A stretch of DNA of 57,661 nt, taken from the NCBI GenBank assembly GCA_964493085.1, contig CAZBLV010000006.1, forward strand, positions 1 to 57,661, read 5' to 3'. This document shows positions 56,234-57,661 of the stretch, piece after piece. This DNA comes from an uncultured Candidatus Saccharibacteria bacterium. GTDB lineage: Bacteria > Patescibacteriota > Minisyncoccia > Minisyncoccales > GWA2-38-27. The translations under genes were made by a program, and so were the position numbers. The notes beneath the pieces are model-generated. The model searched no databases, had not been told where the DNA came from, and saw nothing but the letters and a program-made list of their open reading frames with translations. Numbering within the stretch: position 1 is the stretch's first letter; every line of letters starts with the position of its first letter.

Positions 56234-57310
56234 ATGCTAACAATCGTTAAAAAAGCAGACTGGCCGTTGTTTATTGTATCTCTGTTATTAACTGCCATGG
56301 GCTTGGTTTTTATTTATGGCTCCCAGGGAAGCCTTGTAAGCTTTGAAAAACAGGCCGTTTTTCTTGTCTTAGGAATTATTCTAATGGCTCTTTTTTCTTT
56401 TTTTGACTGGCGGGCTATCCGCGACAACCCTTCTTTAATTTTAATATTGTATATTTTTTCCGTGGTAGCTTTGGCTGGCCTTTTTGTATTCGCCCCTTTT
56501 ACCCGGGGAGCGAGAGGGTGGTATAAAATAGGGCCTGTTTCTGTTGATCCGCTGGAAGTTGCTAAAATAGCCTTGGTTATTCTACTTGCCAAGTATTTTT
56601 CTAAAAGGCACGTTGAGCTTTATCGGTTAAAGCATATTTTGCTTTCTGGGGTCTATGTCCTGATTCCTTTTATTTTGGTAATTCGCCAGCCCGATCTTGG
56701 GTCCGGCCTTATTATTATTGGCTTATGGACCGGCGTCCTTCTTGTTTCAGGAATTAAGCTTCGCCACTTTCTTGTCTTAACCTTATGCGGGCTTTTATTG
56801 GTTCTTTTGGCTTGGTTTTTCTTTTTGGAGGATTACCAAAAAGAAAGAATAGTCTCTTTTCTGGCGCCGGAAATAGACCCCCAGGGAACAAGCTGGAACC
56901 AGAGACAGTCTAAGATTGCTATTGGCTCGGGAGGGCTTTTTGGCAAAGGGATTGGCAAGGGCTCTCAAACTAGATACGGATTTTTGCCGGAAGCCCATAC
57001 TGATTTCATGTTTGCAGCCATAGCAGAGGAGACAGGGCTTGCAGGAGTTTTTGTCCTATTTTCTTTATTTTTTATTTTAATCTGGAGAATTATAAGGGTT
57101 TCCCTTCAGGCCCGTTCTAACTTTCCCCGGCTGTTTGCTTTTGGGTTAGCTATTATCATTTTTTTGCAGTTATTTATCCACGTAGGAATGAATTTAGCTG
57201 TTCTACCTGTTATCGGCATCTCTTTGCCGCTGGTTAGCTATGGGGGATCTAATCTTCTTGCAACTTATGCGGCCCTAGGCATTCTTCAAAATATGAAAAT
57301 GCATCAATAG
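56234..57310 (+). CDS. rodA: SEDS peptidoglycan polymerase RodA
   Basis: GARGW, QPDLGS, IAIGSGG, PEAHTDF, LPLVSYGGS. Confidence 0.9.
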   Translation: MLTIVKKADWPLFIVSLLLTAMGLVFIYGSQGSLVSFEKQAVFLVLGIILMALFSFFDWRAIRDNPSLILILYIFSVVALAGLFVFAPFTRGARGWYKIGPVSVDPLEVAKIALVILLAKYFSKRHVELYRLKHILLSGVYVLIPFILVIRQPDLGSGLIIIGLWTGVLLVSGIKLRHFLVLTLCGLLLVLLAWFFFLEDYQKERIVSFLAPEIDPQGTSWNQRQSKIAIGSGGLFGKGIGKGSQTRYGFLPEAHTDFMFAAIAEETGLAGVFVLFSLFFILIWRIIRVSLQARSNFPRLFAFGLAIIIFLQLFIHVGMNLAVLPVIGISLPLVSYGGSNLLATYAALGILQNMKMHQ

Positions 57311-57407
57311 AATAAAAGTTTTTCACAGCTATTCCACACCTTCCCCCTTGTCAAGCACTTTCCAGGTTTTATAATTAAAATATGTGATCCGGATAAGGGA
57401 AAATATT

Positions 57408-57661
57408 ATGAAAAAAACATTATTAATAAGCTCTTTAATCTTAACAATAGCACTGACCGCCTTTGCCTATTTTGAAGCAGGCATAATTAAAGCTGCAGAA
57501 GACTCCCAAGAAATAGACGTTACTTTGGACGTGACAGGCGAGATCACTCTGACCGCTCCCGACAACATATCCATGAGCCCTGACTTGGACATGACTAACG
57601 ACAGCTCTGTGGGCACAGGGGACGCTTGGAATGTGAAAACTAACAATGAAGTAGGTTACAA
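57408..57661 (+). CDS. Secreted protein, 3' end outside the window
   Basis: MKKTLLISSLILTIALTAFAYFE...WNVKTNNEVGY; signal peptide, AAGGGA upstream, open to the window end. Confidence 0.75.
   Translation, partial: MKKTLLISSLILTIALTAFAYFEAGIIKAAEDSQEIDVTLDVTGEITLTAPDNISMSPDLDMTNDSSVGTGDAWNVKTNNEVGY

Noticed and set aside
5449..57310. Genome-wide TAG reassignment
   Set aside because: TAG ends fadD (12091), HAD-IB (15089), the kinase (26635), ORF 35709 and rodA (57310) at natural C-termini, and no core gene contains an internal TAG.
37522..57340. DnaA-box-like words (TGTGGACAA near 37522; TATTCCACA near 57330) as an origin
   Set aside because: Isolated mismatched copies with no cluster and no dnaA/dnaN in the window.

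Overview
A 57.7-kb chromosomal segment with no rRNA, CRISPR array or recognisable mobile element. Gene content and style suggest a Patescibacteria/CPR (Parcubacteria, Nealsonbacteria-like) bacterium using the standard code 11; this is an inference. Core genes: nusA, hppA, tig, clpP, rny, rarA, ligA, rodA, htrA, five tRNAs, and a type IV pilus/competence locus (kinase, receiver, pilB, pilC, 4 prepilins, pilMNO). Accessory content: (1) a >1200-aa Cys-rich surface protein missing from the ORF track (3640 to <1, minus strand) with an internal TM plus second-signal-peptide hairpin; (2) a NUDIX-methyltransferase-CYTH fusion broken by an A8 frameshift and an in-frame TAG, beside a choline-kinase-like gene and a HAD phosphatase; (3) orphan hisB and an archaeal-looking hisC; (4) a candidate lipid-salvage set (esterase, FadD, PlsC, HAD-IB); (5) a ~2360-aa beta-helix surface protein split by one in-frame TAG; (6) an unannotated ~137-nt structured RNA with its own promoter, terminator and a possible pseudoknot; (7) a 51-aa Glu-rich tandem-repeat peptide behind a perfect TTGACA-N16-TATAAT promoter. 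All functional calls come from motif recognition by eye; no searches were run.
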